IMG/VR virus record: IMGVR_UViG_3300027503_000009
DNA: 64,000 nt
Direction: 5' to 3' (one strand)
From: a virus
In this document: positions 53,423 to 64,000 of the stretch, piece by piece
How positions within the stretch are numbered: position 1 is the first letter of the stretch
Layout: every line of letters starts with the position of its first letter
The notes under the pieces: model-generated
Database searches by the model: none
Seen by the model: only the letters and a program-made list of their open reading frames with translations
Told to the model about the DNA's origin: nothing
Made by a program: the position numbers and the translations under genes

Positions 53423-55351
53423 TTAGAACTTACCAACAATTTCTTCAAATGCAACACCAGTGCGAACTGCAACGAAGTTTAGTTGGATAAAGTTGATTGA
53501 ACGAGCAGGTTTGATATAGATATCACCAACAAATTCATTTCTGTCAATGACTTCTGGAGTATTATTTGTTGTGTCGCAAACAACTCTGAAATCATAGATT
53601 CCTCTACGTCCTTGAATATCTCTTAGATATGGTTCAACTAAGTTAACGAATGATGCTCTTGTGAAATCATCGTTAAGTTCGAATAATGTATATTTAGATG
53701 CTGTTGCAATTGCCTTTTCAAGAATAATGAAAAGTCTACGAACATTGATTCTATCAAAAGCTGATGGCTTCTTTAATAGAGTCTTATCACCGAAAAGAAC
53801 AATACCCTGTCCTGGGAATGTTGTTACTGGATTAATACCAACAACATATAGAGAATCACGTTGTGCTTCTGTTGGATTCCATGCAGACTTAATAGCATTC
53901 TTGACAATACCACGATTAAATCCTGCTGGTGAGAACCAAGCATCTCTTTCTAGATCTGTTCTTACACATAGTCCAGCAATATCAGCATTAAATGGAATCC
54001 AACGGAAAGTATCGTTGTACTTATCATACTGATATTTCCAACCAGAATCCATAATTGCATAAGATGAAGATTGTAGAACATTTCTATATGCAACAACATT
54101 TGTTGTTGGATCTGATGCACTAACAACATCAACATAACGTGGAGAAACTACTGCAATTACATCTTTTCTTGATTCACAAATGTTGTTAATTACATAATTT
54201 GCTACTGCATATTCTGTTGCTGCAATAGAACCAACTGATGCTCCAACTACAGGAGGACAAATTGCAAATGAAATATCAACTTCATCAGCATTTGCAAATA
54301 AATCCCAACCTGTCTGTAAATCACCATTTGTTGCAGTACCATCTAGACCACCAGCTAAACTGGTTGTAATACTTAAACCAGAGAAGTTAGTTACTGTGTT
54401 AAAATCAGATGTTGCTACTGAACCCCAAGCTGGTGAAGCTGAAACTGGATGATCCATCCAATAAACATAATTTGAACTTCTAGAAATTGCTGTTGCATAA
54501 TAAATTGAATTATTTGCACTGTCTTTTGCATCTGATGCGATTGATAAGAATGCAAATTTTTCTAGAACAGTACCTTTTGTTCCTGTCCAAACACCATCTT
54601 CGTCAACTACAACAACGTGGATTTCGTCATTTGAACCATCTCTTGCTGCAACATAATCAGATGTTCCAGGTGCCTGAGAAAATTCATCTGAATATTCCCA
54701 ACGTGCTGAAGAAATTGAAGCATCATCAATTGCAGTTGATGAGAATGCTGCATTAACAGTTAATGATGTGTTGCTTGCAATTGCTGTAATTTTTCTTTCA
54801 ATTCCACTAACTGTGATATATGAACCAACAGTTAATTCTGTTGTGAATGATGTTCCAGTACCTGTAACAGTTGTAGATGATGCTAAAACGTCTACTGTTC
54901 CTGTAATGCTTGTATCTGAAAATAAACTTCCAGCAGGACAAATAGAAACTTTTAAGCTATTACCTAAAATTCCTGGATATTTTGCTGCCCATGAACCAAC
55001 AGAACCTTGTCCTGTTGAATATCCTGCTTCATATGCAGCAAGATTTTTAATTAATAAACCAGCACCATCAGATGTTGCATTTCTAGCTGCTGAACCAACA
55101 ATTCTAGCAACTTTTAGATTATTGCTGTATGATAAGAAATTTGCGCCTTGAAAGAAGGTAGTTGCGTTTGTAGAATTTGGTTTGCCAAATTTGTTAACAA
55201 GAGTTTTTTCTGTATCAACTAGTGTAACAACTTCTACTGGACCCCATTGAAATTCTCCAACTAACGCACCACCAGTTGTTCCAACTGCTGGAATAATTGT
55301 AGTTAGATCAATTTCACTTACGCTAACTCCAGGGGAAATGCGAAAAGCCAT
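53423..55351 (-). CDS. gp18: tail sheath protein
   Basis: SPGV...E.DL, F.WGP, WFSPAG.NRG, FDRINVRRLF, IKPARSINFI.L.FVA. Confidence 0.98.
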   Translation of the reverse strand: MAFRISPGVSVSEIDLTTIIPAVGTTGGALVGEFQWGPVEVVTLVDTEKTLVNKFGKPNSTNATTFFQGANFLSYSNNLKVARIVGSAARNATSDGAGLLIKNLAAYEAGYSTGQGSVGSWAAKYPGILGNSLKVSICPAGSLFSDTSITGTVDVLASSTTVTGTGTSFTTELTVGSYITVSGIERKITAIASNTSLTVNAAFSSTAIDDASISSARWEYSDEFSQAPGTSDYVAARDGSNDEIHVVVVDEDGVWTGTKGTVLEKFAFLSIASDAKDSANNSIYYATAISRSSNYVYWMDHPVSASPAWGSVATSDFNTVTNFSGLSITTSLAGGLDGTATNGDLQTGWDLFANADEVDISFAICPPVVGASVGSIAATEYAVANYVINNICESRKDVIAVVSPRYVDVVSASDPTTNVVAYRNVLQSSSYAIMDSGWKYQYDKYNDTFRWIPFNADIAGLCVRTDLERDAWFSPAGFNRGIVKNAIKSAWNPTEAQRDSLYVVGINPVTTFPGQGIVLFGDKTLLKKPSAFDRINVRRLFIILEKAIATASKYTLFELNDDFTRASFVNLVEPYLRDIQGRRGIYDFRVVCDTTNNTPEVIDRNEFVGDIYIKPARSINFIQLNFVAVRTGVAFEEIVGKF

Positions 55352-55395
55352 ATTTTTTCTCCTTAAAATTTTAGTCTATTTAGACTTTCAATTTT

Positions 55396-55403
55396 TATTT
55401 ATA
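55396..55403 (-). promoter_or_regulatory. T4-type late promoter
   Basis: TATAAATA upstream of gp18. Confidence 0.75.
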
Positions 55404-55415
55404 ATTTTGAAGTTT

Positions 55416-57041
55416 TCAGAAATAGTTTCTTTCAGCAACAAGTTCCCAAAAATCATTATTTGAATCACCTTCTATGAAGTGAGAATCAAAATCATTTGCC
55501 CCAAAAAAACCTGTTGGGAGTAAATCCCTATCCATAACTTCTTCTGTTTCTTTAATTAATTCCAATCGAATACTATTGTCAGTATATTCGGAGAAATTTT
55601 TCTGTGCAGATAACCAACCAAATAAAACCAAACACATAGCCAAATCATCATTGTAACCTTCTTCCGCACCATACTTCCCATCTGGATGTAGAACGAAAGT
55701 GGAAAGCTCACTAATTAAATCAAAATCATTTAAAACAATTTTTCCACCTTCAACTAATGTTTTCATATTAGAACAACCTAATCTTTTTGTTGTTCTAGTT
55801 GTTCTAATACCTCTTCTAAATTTATCAGAAGAAAATCCTGTGGTTAAAATTTGATCGTTGGTATTATTTACAGATAAAATATTTTCATAATTTAAATCAT
55901 GAAATAAAATGTCAACAATTTGTCCACCAACGTCATTAATTTCAACTAATACCTGTGCTTCATTATATTTTTTTGCTGCTGTATTAATAATGGCTGGATA
56001 TGCCATTGGTACAATATCATTTCTTTTAAATGTAGCAACAACTCTGTATGGAATTTGAGACACATTTAAAATAATGAATGCTGAATAATTTTTACCAACA
56101 CCTCTAGCAACATCAACCATCATGAAATATTTTTGATTTTTTTGTGGTTCTTCAAATATTTTAAAGCCATCTTTTGTATGTAAAGCGTCAGTAAATCTTA
56201 ATGACCTTAATGTTTCTGCTTTAATTAGTGTATCTGCTGAACCAAGAAACTCATTTCCATATTCTTGTCTGAATCCAGATTCGGTTAAAGTGGAAATCAT
56301 TTGTTCTTTCCACTTTTCATCTCTACCTGGAACATCTGACCAATGAACTTCTATTGGGAAGAATTCATTTCTTTTTTCTGTTGCGTCTTTGTAAATTCTA
56401 TAAAATAAATTAAGTCCTCTTGGTGTAGAAGAAATAATAACTTTTGAAGATGTACCAGAAGAAACTACAGGGAAAGTAGATGTGAAAAATTCATCAGCAC
56501 CTTCAACGAATGCAAATTCATCAAGATATAGAAGATTACACATGAATCCACGAATTGATGAAGATGAAGTAGAAGAAGCAATAATTCTAGAATTGTTTCC
56601 TAATTCAATTGAACCTTTATTAAATGTAGTAGCTCCAGGTTGTAAGAAAAATGGAATTGTTTTATATGCTGTAACAATTTTAGAAAGAATTTCTCTTGCA
56701 ACAGCACCTTTGTTTGCTAGAATTGCTACTGTTTTATCAGCATTAAAGAATACATACCATAAAATATATGATGAAATAGTGATAGTTTTGCCAGATTGTC
56801 TACCTGACAAAATTACACTATGCCTATTGTTATGAACAGATTCTACAATATTTTTTTGATAAGTTCTTAAATTTAATGGAACAAGACCTTTATCAATTGT
56901 ATTAACTTGAATATATTTCTCAATAAAATAAATTGGATCTTGAGAACAACGAATATATTCTTGAACCTGTTCTTGACTGTAATTTTCAACAATACCAGCA
57001 GCTTTAACTGCTGGATCTTTATAATATGGTGTATTATTCAT
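55416..57041 (-). CDS. gp17: terminase large subunit
   Basis: GRQSGKT, LANK...A.E, YLDEFAF, STP.G.N.FY, D.ARG.G..YS, DDL.M. Confidence 0.98.
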   Translation of the reverse strand: MNNTPYYKDPAVKAAGIVENYSQEQVQEYIRCSQDPIYFIEKYIQVNTIDKGLVPLNLRTYQKNIVESVHNNRHSVILSGRQSGKTITISSYILWYVFFNADKTVAILANKGAVAREILSKIVTAYKTIPFFLQPGATTFNKGSIELGNNSRIIASSTSSSSIRGFMCNLLYLDEFAFVEGADEFFTSTFPVVSSGTSSKVIISSTPRGLNLFYRIYKDATEKRNEFFPIEVHWSDVPGRDEKWKEQMISTLTESGFRQEYGNEFLGSADTLIKAETLRSLRFTDALHTKDGFKIFEEPQKNQKYFMMVDVARGVGKNYSAFIILNVSQIPYRVVATFKRNDIVPMAYPAIINTAAKKYNEAQVLVEINDVGGQIVDILFHDLNYENILSVNNTNDQILTTGFSSDKFRRGIRTTRTTKRLGCSNMKTLVEGGKIVLNDFDLISELSTFVLHPDGKYGAEEGYNDDLAMCLVLFGWLSAQKNFSEYTDNSIRLELIKETEEVMDRDLLPTGFFGANDFDSHFIEGDSNNDFWELVAERNYF

Positions 57042-57047
57042 TCAAAA

Positions 57048-57698
57048 TTAAATATAACGTCTAAAGACTAATGTAAATTCCTGAGCTGTTGATTGATTTA
57101 ATGCTGTGCCGCCAGAATTAACTGAAACTAATTTTAAGAATCTAACACCAGATAATGCACCAAATGGTAAATTAACATAAGATGAAGCAGTTACTGGATA
57201 AGATAATTTTGCATTAGCTTCATTATATACTGTATAATAATTATCTGCTTGTGCAGTGGAAGTTACAGTAATTGTTACTGCTGTATTATAATCACCAGTT
57301 GCGGTGTTTGATACAGAAATAGTTCCTGAAACCATTTCAACTAACATTCTACCAGTTCCATTTGATGTTGTTGCATTTAAAACATTTGCTACAGCACCAC
57401 TAGAAAATGTAATTTGTGATTGTTTTAATCCATATTGTGATGCAAAAATAATATCATTTGGATTTGATTGTGATGCAGTATATGTAAATTCAACAAGATA
57501 AGTTGAAATATTTGCATCCACACCACCTTGAAAACCAATACCATAGTTAGTTCCATTTGTATTTGTTGACCATGTTGAAGGTACAATAATACCAACTAAA
57601 CTACCTAAAGCATCTGGTTCTACAGCACCAGAAACAGAACTTCCTGATGCAATTGTTACTTTTCTGGTTACTAGACCATCATAAACGTTTCTTGACAT
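57048..57698 (-). CDS. probable virion beta-rich protein
   Basis: Ser/Thr/Val-rich; SD aggag; late gene block. Confidence 0.6.
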   Translation of the reverse strand: MSRNVYDGLVTRKVTIASGSSVSGAVEPDALGSLVGIIVPSTWSTNTNGTNYGIGFQGGVDANISTYLVEFTYTASQSNPNDIIFASQYGLKQSQITFSSGAVANVLNATTSNGTGRMLVEMVSGTISVSNTATGDYNTAVTITVTSTAQADNYYTVYNEANAKLSYPVTASSYVNLPFGALSGVRFLKLVSVNSGGTALNQSTAQEFTLVFRRYI

Positions 57699-57724
57699 TA
57701 AAATCTCCTAATATATTATATTTA

Positions 57725-58054
57725 TTAAATATTCCAAGGTGCAGGTTTATATACTAATGGTGGATTTTTTAAATTTTCTATTTGTGCAGCTAGAGAAGCA
57801 TCATAATTATCTACAACTTCTTGTGTAAGTGAAGAAACTGTCCAAGAAATTAAATCTTGCTTTGTTAGATTGTTATATTCTTTAAAATCATTTGGATCTG
57901 GATCTGACAGATTGATTGAACCGTAGGAATCTACAAAATATTCACCATCTAATGCACCTCTTCTCCATTCATAAGAAACAACTACATCTGTCATACTATC
58001 TTGAATTGGTTTAACTTTAATTCCATTAAATTGCCATGTATATTCTACTGCCAT
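57725..58054 (-). CDS. fibre-associated small protein
   Basis: YTW...V.W.....G.YGS..L...F..Y..LT....W...PW; directly after the fibre gene. Confidence 0.7.
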   Translation of the reverse strand: MAVEYTWQFNGIKVKPIQDSMTDVVVSYEWRRGALDGEYFVDSYGSINLSDPDPNDFKEYNNLTKQDLISWTVSSLTQEVVDNYDASLAAQIENLKNPPLVYKPAPWNI

Positions 58055-58068
58055 ATTTATCCTTTAAT

Positions 58069-61000
58069 TTATTTATCAATTGCGAAGTCATGAACAAAAT
58101 CCAAACCAAAATGTTCATTTAGAAAACGCATCATTTTTTCCATATCTATCTTTAATCGTTTTCCAGTTCTTGTATCTACAGAATCATAAATCCATTCATT
58201 AGTTTCTCTGTCGTGTGGTGAAATTAGTGTTGCGTTTCCAGAAGCATCCATAACATAACATTCACCACTAGAAGAGTATATTGAAATTCCATTTGATAAT
58301 GTTCCGGCAGGTGCAGTTCCATTAAATATATCTAGATGATTTGTTCCTGTTGTAGTTGCACGTTGATGGGTTCCGCCTATTTTAACATTTCCTGAATCAT
58401 CTATACGCATTCTTTCTGTTGCAGCAGTATATAATTCAACAGTTCCACCAGTACCTTGAAGTTGACCCATACGCAAAGAAGTGTTATTTCTTATGCTAAA
58501 TATTCTACCAACATCAGCAGTACTTACGTCTATATAAAGACCAACAGTTGCATCGTCTGGATTATTAAATACTATTTCTCCACCTTCACCACCAGTTGCC
58601 AATTGTGTGGTGACTCCTTTCACATTAAGAGTTGTTGCTAGGGTTGTTGTTCCAATACCGACATTCCCAGAAGAACTGATTCTCATTCTTTCAGTAAGAG
58701 TATTTGCTGTTGAACCAGTACTTCCTGCTGATGCTGTTTGGAAAATTAACACTCCACTTCCACCAGTACCAGTACCATTACCAGCAGCAATAGTTAAGTT
58801 AGAACCAGCAGCATCTGTTCCTGTTCTAGCTGGACCTCTTAAAGTAGCTGCTGTAGTTGTAGCACTAGCTTCGCCAGAACCAAGAATAATATCTCCTGTT
58901 GAATTAATACGCATTCTTTCGAAAGGAGAACTATTTGCTTTTGTATAAAACAATAATTCTCCACCAGAGAGTGTTCCAGTACTGTTTTGTATAGCAGTTA
59001 TTCCAGCAACATTGTAGTGTGCATCGTTTTGACCAAGACTTCTACTAAAAAATATTCCACCCAAAACTGCACCAGATGTATTTACGCCACTCACTAAATT
59101 TAAGAAAGATTGTGTAGCATCATATATTTGTATTGTTTTTGCAGTAGTTAAAATACCTGTATAAGATGTTGTACCATTAATATAATTCGTTCCACCACCT
59201 AGATCTAAGATAGTTGCAGGAGCCGATGTTCCAATACCAACATTTCCAGCAGAACTAATGCGGAATCTTTCAGTAAGAGTATTTGCTGTTGAACCGCTAC
59301 TTCCGGCAGGTGCAGTTTGAAAAACAAGTGCGCCACTTCCACCAGTACCAGTACCATTACCAGCAGCAATAGTTAAGTTAGAACCAGTTAAATTGGTTCC
59401 TGTCATGTTTGGTCCTCGAACTAAGTTCGAACTTGCTGATCCGCCACCTTCACCAAAACCTAAAATAATATTACCATTTAGATCAATTCTCATTCTTTCA
59501 GTTAAAGAAGATCCGTTACTAGTATAAAATGATAATGTCCTTGTTATAGCAGGATTTCCTATAGCTGATCCAGATGCAGCAATAGTTCCAGATCCTGAAT
59601 TATTAAATCCTATTCCAGCCGATCCACTAGCTATCAAATCTCTAGAAGCTCTCCAGCGAGGATTGACTTCAGTTGAGAAATATTCTTCAATTTGTGCACC
59701 AGAAACTAATTGTATTCTAGTATTATTAAAAGTTCCGGCAACAATAGTACCATTAACTTCTAATTTTACTCCTGGTGAAACTGTACCAATACCAACACGA
59801 TCATTTGTTTGATCTACATATAATGTATTTGTATCTACTGTTAAAGCAGCAGCAGTTAATCTAGTTCCATCAAATGTTAAATTTGCTGATCCAGCAGTTG
59901 TTCCGGATGAATTATATAGAACTTGTGTATTAGAACCACCAATTGGTCCGGTGGCACCTGTAAATCCTGTTGCACCTTGTAATCCAGTTGCTCCAATGAA
60001 ACCTGTGGCACCTTGTAATCCAGAACCAGTTGCACCAATGAAACCTGTGGCACCAATGAAACCAGTTGCACCAATAAATCCGGTAGCTCCAGTGAATCCA
60101 GTTGCACCTTGTAATCCAGAACCAGTTGCACCAATGAAACCTGTGGCACCAATGAAACCAGTTGCACCTTGTAATCCAGAACCAGTTGCACCAATGAAAC
60201 CTGTGGCACCAATGAAACCAGTTGCACCAATGAAACCTGTGGCACCTTGTAATCCAGAACCAGTTGCACCAATAAATCCGGTAGCTCCAGTGAATCCAGT
60301 TGCACCAATGAATCCGGTAGCTCCAGTGAAACCTGTGGCACCTTGTAATCCAGAACCAGTTGCACCAATGAAACCTGTGGCACCAATGAATCCGGTAGCT
60401 CCAGTGAAACCTGTGGCACCAATGAATCCTGTGGCACCTGTGAATCCAGTAGCACCAATGAATCCTGTCGCACCTGTTAATCCAGTAACACCATGTAATC
60501 CTGTGGCACCCGTAAAACCAGTAGCACCTGTGAATCCAGTAGCACCAATTATTGTTGAACTTGGTGTTCCCGCAGAATTAATATCAAATAATTTCCAATT
60601 TCCACTATCAAAAATTAAAACAATAACATCATTATCTACAATATAAGTATTATCAATAATAATAAATGATGAACTTTCAACTAAATCTGAACCAGATGCT
60701 AATATTTTAAATCCAGTTCCTGTAGAATAATCAACAGCGATATATATCGCTGCACTAGTATACCCAGAAGGTAATGTGACTACAAGATTAGTTGGTGTAT
60801 TATTACCATAAACAATATATCTTTTATTATATTGTGCTGTAAATGAAGTTGTTTGTTTTACCCAGTTAAAATATTCAGAACCCAACGCTGCTGTTGTTTG
60901 TATTGTATTGTCTGAAAATTTAATTCCCTGAGATGAAGTAGTTATAAATCCGCCCGTACAAGTTAATCCTTGTTGAGCAGTTAATAATTTATGTGAAGTT

Positions 61001-61146
61001 AAACCACTAGAATTTGCAGTTGCGATATCTTCAGATGAAATTTCTTCTGTTTCAGCATTAACAATACTTCTAGTTGTTTCTGGTAAAACATCAGGTTCAA
61101 CTTCAGGTAAATTTTCTTCTGGATTTACAATATAAATTTCTGACAT
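58069..61146 (-). CDS. collagen-like tail/head fibre protein
   Basis: about 200-aa Gly-X-Y tract, repeated ERMRI...GNVGIGT fibre motifs, duplicated [18 protein letters not shown] block. Confidence 0.85.
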   Translation of the reverse strand: MSEIYIVNPEENLPEVEPDVLPETTRSIVNAETEEISSEDIATANSSGLTSHKLLTAQQGLTCTGGFITTSSQGIKFSDNTIQTTAALGSEYFNWVKQTTSFTAQYNKRYIVYGNNTPTNLVVTLPSGYTSAAIYIAVDYSTGTGFKILASGSDLVESSSFIIIDNTYIVDNDVIVLIFDSGNWKLFDINSAGTPSSTIIGATGFTGATGFTGATGLHGVTGLTGATGFIGATGFTGATGFIGATGFTGATGFIGATGFIGATGSGLQGATGFTGATGFIGATGFTGATGFIGATGSGLQGATGFIGATGFIGATGFIGATGSGLQGATGFIGATGFIGATGSGLQGATGFTGATGFIGATGFIGATGFIGATGSGLQGATGFIGATGLQGATGFTGATGPIGGSNTQVLYNSSGTTAGSANLTFDGTRLTAAALTVDTNTLYVDQTNDRVGIGTVSPGVKLEVNGTIVAGTFNNTRIQLVSGAQIEEYFSTEVNPRWRASRDLIASGSAGIGFNNSGSGTIAASGSAIGNPAITRTLSFYTSNGSSLTERMRIDLNGNIILGFGEGGGSASSNLVRGPNMTGTNLTGSNLTIAAGNGTGTGGSGALVFQTAPAGSSGSTANTLTERFRISSAGNVGIGTSAPATILDLGGGTNYINGTTSYTGILTTAKTIQIYDATQSFLNLVSGVNTSGAVLGGIFFSRSLGQNDAHYNVAGITAIQNSTGTLSGGELLFYTKANSSPFERMRINSTGDIILGSGEASATTTAATLRGPARTGTDAAGSNLTIAAGNGTGTGGSGVLIFQTASAGSTGSTANTLTERMRISSSGNVGIGTTTLATTLNVKGVTTQLATGGEGGEIVFNNPDDATVGLYIDVSTADVGRIFSIRNNTSLRMGQLQGTGGTVELYTAATERMRIDDSGNVKIGGTHQRATTTGTNHLDIFNGTAPAGTLSNGISIYSSSGECYVMDASGNATLISPHDRETNEWIYDSVDTRTGKRLKIDMEKMMRFLNEHFGLDFVHDFAIDK
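59944..60546 (-). repeat. collagen-coding tandem repeat ([17 protein letters not shown] units)
   Basis: 18-bp periodic repeats. Confidence 0.95.
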
Positions 61147-61153
61147 ATTTAAT

Positions 61154-61161
61154 TATTTATA
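61154..61161 (-). promoter_or_regulatory. T4-type late promoter
   Basis: TATAAATA immediately upstream of the fibre gene. Confidence 0.7.
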
Positions 61162-62053
61162 ATAAAAAATCAACCCATTTATCAATATGAAATTTCCAAT
61201 CATAATTTTGTCTAGCATATTCTTGAATATCCAAACATTTATTTTTATATTCTTTCGGATTATCAGCATAATAATTCAATAAACTGACAGTTTCTGTTAT
61301 AAAATAATTTGGGTCAATACTAACAACATGACCACCACCAGCAGGACCATTTTTTTCAAAATAACCAACTGGTGTACTAATACATAATTTACCAGCAGCA
61401 GCGGCTTCTAACATAGGAAGTCCCGCACCTTCTTCTGTTGAAGCAGTTATAATACAATCAACGCTTTTATAAAAATTAGGCATTGAAAGATAGTGATAAA
61501 AATTATGTTTCTTAAAAGTTAGTCCAGTATATTTAACAGCTTGCTCAACAAGTGCGCCTCTTTTTATTTCTTGTCCAAAAAAGTTTTGTGTTGAATATGC
61601 TCCAGCCATAGCAACTGTGGATAATTTTTCGGAGGGTTTTGAATAAAATCTATCAAAATGAATTCCAAACGGAACAACATGTGATTTTACTGGAACACCA
61701 AATTCAATAGATTTCTTATCTAATATCTCAGATACAGTTCCATATTTTGCAATTTTATTAAAAATATCTAACCCCATTTGTTGTCTTGCTAATAAAATAT
61801 CCCATTGTCCATGAGCAACTGCAATAATTTTTTGTAATGGTATTTGATAATTTAATAAGAAACCAATACCAACTGGAGTTGTAACAAAATAATCAGTTGA
61901 ATCAGAAATTTTTAACATTTCGTCAATTTGATATTGACGTTCCCAATCTAATACTTCAGCATTAATACCAAATCGGTACAATTCTTTACAAAGTGAATTG
62001 TGAATTGTACCAAATGCCCATTTATTTTCTGTAAAAAATATTATATTTCTCAT
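61157..62053 (-). CDS. glycosyltransferase (GT-B, GT4-like)
   Basis: S..EGAGLPMLEAAA.G...ISTPVG; YDW C-terminus. Confidence 0.88.
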   Translation of the reverse strand: MRNIIFFTENKWAFGTIHNSLCKELYRFGINAEVLDWERQYQIDEMLKISDSTDYFVTTPVGIGFLLNYQIPLQKIIAVAHGQWDILLARQQMGLDIFNKIAKYGTVSEILDKKSIEFGVPVKSHVVPFGIHFDRFYSKPSEKLSTVAMAGAYSTQNFFGQEIKRGALVEQAVKYTGLTFKKHNFYHYLSMPNFYKSVDCIITASTEEGAGLPMLEAAAAGKLCISTPVGYFEKNGPAGGGHVVSIDPNYFITETVSLLNYYADNPKEYKNKCLDIQEYARQNYDWKFHIDKWVDFLL

Positions 62054-62056
62054 AAT

Positions 62057-62803
62057 TTATTTTCCTAATTCATGAAGAAACTTAAACCCTTTTTGTCTTA
62101 AATAATCAGTGTATTCAAACATCTTAGGAACTCCACCTGTACATCCGATAGCAACTTCATCACAACCTAATTCCCAACCTTTTAAACTTCCCCACATTTC
62201 TTTATTACTTTTTGGATGTGGAGGAACATATGTTCCTAAGTCTGTATATTTTTGTAAAACATATGAAAAGTGCATATCTTCACCAACAATAAAATTGTGA
62301 TCTATTGGTGGTAATTCTCTACAAAAAACTGATAATAAATCCCTGTGGAAAAACCAATTATGTCCAACAATATCTACACGTTCTACTTGTTCATTATTAT
62401 TTCCATCCCAACCATAACGATCAGTCATTTGATATTCATAAGAACTATTTGGAAATTTAATTCCAATTGCTCCAAGCAAACCTGGATGTTTTTCGTATGT
62501 ATTTAAACAATTTTCAATCCACTGTGTTCCTGGGATTGTATCATCATCTAATATACAAACATAATTTGTTCTAGCATTTAATGCATAATAAAATCTAGCC
62601 CAAACACCAAAATTAACTGATGCATATGATGATATGCAATAATTGGTTGATGTTTGCATATCATAATGAACATTTGGCATTGAATTTTGCCAATAAAAAA
62701 TATCTTTTACTTTAACTGTTTGTGTTAAAGCTGCATCTACTTGTTTTTTCAAATTTTGAGGTCTTTTATAACCATTCAAAATTACAGTAACATCATTATT
62801 CAT
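62057..62803 (-). CDS. glycosyltransferase (GT-A, GT2-like)
   Basis: TVILN.YKR, N.G...RF, ILDDD, GED. Confidence 0.85.
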   Translation of the reverse strand: MNNDVTVILNGYKRPQNLKKQVDAALTQTVKVKDIFYWQNSMPNVHYDMQTSTNYCISSYASVNFGVWARFYYALNARTNYVCILDDDTIPGTQWIENCLNTYEKHPGLLGAIGIKFPNSSYEYQMTDRYGWDGNNNEQVERVDIVGHNWFFHRDLLSVFCRELPPIDHNFIVGEDMHFSYVLQKYTDLGTYVPPHPKSNKEMWGSLKGWELGCDEVAIGCTGGVPKMFEYTDYLRQKGFKFLHELGK

Positions 62804-62804
62804 A

Positions 62805-63527
62805 TTATCCCCAATAACAAATCTTTTTATTATCTGAATGATCTAAAATATAGTAACCACGAATATTTAAATCTGATTGTAGCCAAGGATGTAAAGTTGA
62901 ACCTATATCTAAATAAGTATTGTTTTTATTTACTTCCCATAATTGTTGTGCTAATATTTTACCCAAAGGACCACAAGCAAATAAATATAATTTATTTTCT
63001 GTTTTCCAATTTTTTAATTCATCAACTAAATTTATATTTTCAACCCAAGCATTATATTTAACCGGAATAAATGCTTCTCCAGAAAAAGGTAAATTATTTA
63101 CTTTAGATTTTTCATTAGCAACTAATATTATATTTCTTTTTTTGAATAGTTCAATGTAATTGTTTATGAAATATTGATAATTTGAATTCACAAATATATT
63201 AGCATAGGTTAAATTTTCATCACTTTGATCTGATAATTTTTTCATATTATTAAAATTATTATATCCTTGACAACAAGGACAAACTATACCAACATAATAA
63301 TTAGGATCTTTATAGGTGAAAGATTTATGTAATAAATTTCTAGCTAAATCATATCTATCATCAAAACCATTTGTAGACCATTCACCATAACCAGAAGAAA
63401 TACATTCTCCTCTCATAGCAATCATTTCACCATCACCAAATCTAGCTAAAGAAAAATTTTTATTTGACTGTAACATCCATAAAAATTTTTGTATTTCTTC
63501 TTTAAAATTTTTCACAACATACTCCAT
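62805..63527 (-). CDS. GT-D-fold (DUF1792-like) glycosyltransferase
   Basis: SLARFGDGE, CGP.GK.L, LDIGS. Confidence 0.8.
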   Translation of the reverse strand: MEYVVKNFKEEIQKFLWMLQSNKNFSLARFGDGEMIAMRGECISSGYGEWSTNGFDDRYDLARNLLHKSFTYKDPNYYVGIVCPCCQGYNNFNNMKKLSDQSDENLTYANIFVNSNYQYFINNYIELFKKRNIILVANEKSKVNNLPFSGEAFIPVKYNAWVENINLVDELKNWKTENKLYLFACGPLGKILAQQLWEVNKNNTYLDIGSTLHPWLQSDLNIRGYYILDHSDNKKICYWG

Positions 63528-63528
63528 A

Positions 63529-64000
63529 TTATTTTTTAATTATTAAAATACCAACATTTAATCCATCAAACCAAGGTGCACCTGAACCAATAATTCTATT
63601 TTCATAATTTTTATATGATATTTTTTGTCTTAAATAATCTTCAATATTATTTAATTGTAGTCCAGGAATATCAAATGTTATAATAACATATCCATCTTTT
63701 TTAACTTGTTTTATCAGATTAGATAAATGATGTACATGATCACCGGGAATTTCCTCTAGTGCAGAAACATTTAAAATAACATCAAAAGATTCTTTGAAGT
63801 TATCATCTGGTTCTTTTGTTATATCATGTATACAAGTGTTATCTATTCTACTATAAAGAATGTCAGAATTAGTAACATATTCTCGACCAAACTTTTTTTC
63901 TAATTCATTCTTAAATCTCTGATGATGTTCTAAATCAAATCCCCAAGAAGAATTATGAATTTTTGGATTATTTGGTAATTCCAAATTGTTTAAAATATTT
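63529..64000 (-). CDS. SAM-dependent methyltransferase-like protein (5' end runs off the window)
   Basis: DI......FDVILNVSALEE...K.DG..IIT.D. Confidence 0.65.
   Translation of the reverse strand, partial: NILNNLELPNNPKIHNSSWGFDLEHHQRFKNELEKKFGREYVTNSDILYSRIDNTCIHDITKEPDDNFKESFDVILNVSALEEIPGDHVHHLSNLIKQVKKDGYVIITFDIPGLQLNNIEDYLRQKISYKNYENRIIGSGAPWFDGLNVGILIIKK

Noticed and set aside
59877-60646. Repetitive ORFs 59877-60473 (-) and 59951-60646 (+)
   Set aside because: Alternative frames of the collagen repeat
1-64000. Stop-codon reassignment, or introns/inteins in core genes
   Set aside because: Core genes (nrdA, nrdB, gp17, gp20, gp23, gp46, uvsW) are full-length and uninterrupted in the standard code, and all three stop codons are used

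Overview
A 64 kb stretch of a large, AT-rich T4-like myovirus genome. It has four parts. (1) 1-9.0 kb, + strand: replication and nucleotide genes (gp61 primase, SNase-like nuclease, thyX, nrdA/nrdB, RuvC-like resolvase). (2) About 9.2-27.9 kb, - strand: an early/accessory region of small genes, visibly more GC-rich at its left end. Almost every gene there has its own sigma70-type promoter, usually with the ATG only about 6 nt after the -10 box (apparently leaderless). It also holds tRNA-Lys(UUU), tRNA-Arg(UCU), GTAC-rich palindrome clusters and several long inverted repeats. (3) 28-41 kb: RNase H, dCMP deaminase, an RNA ligase, a circularly permuted (two-piece) tmRNA behind a T4 late promoter, a SleB-type hydrolase, a single-domain Clp ATPase and PhoH. 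(4) 41-64 kb, - strand: T4 core genes (gp46, 47, 55, uvsW, uvsY, gp3, 23, 22, 21, 20, 19, 18, 17), a collagen-like fibre gene and a glycosyltransferase cluster. The best candidate for an undescribed system is a family of six paralogous 52-65 aa peptides with a basic leader (M-x-KKSIYKRNIW in five copies) and a variable (Ser-X)n tail encoded by TCT-NNG hexamers, clustered around an Sm/Hfq-fold gene and the two tRNAs. The second candidate is the permuted tmRNA plus a Clp ATPase with a putative ClpP-docking loop. All family calls come from motif recognition by eye; no database searches were run.
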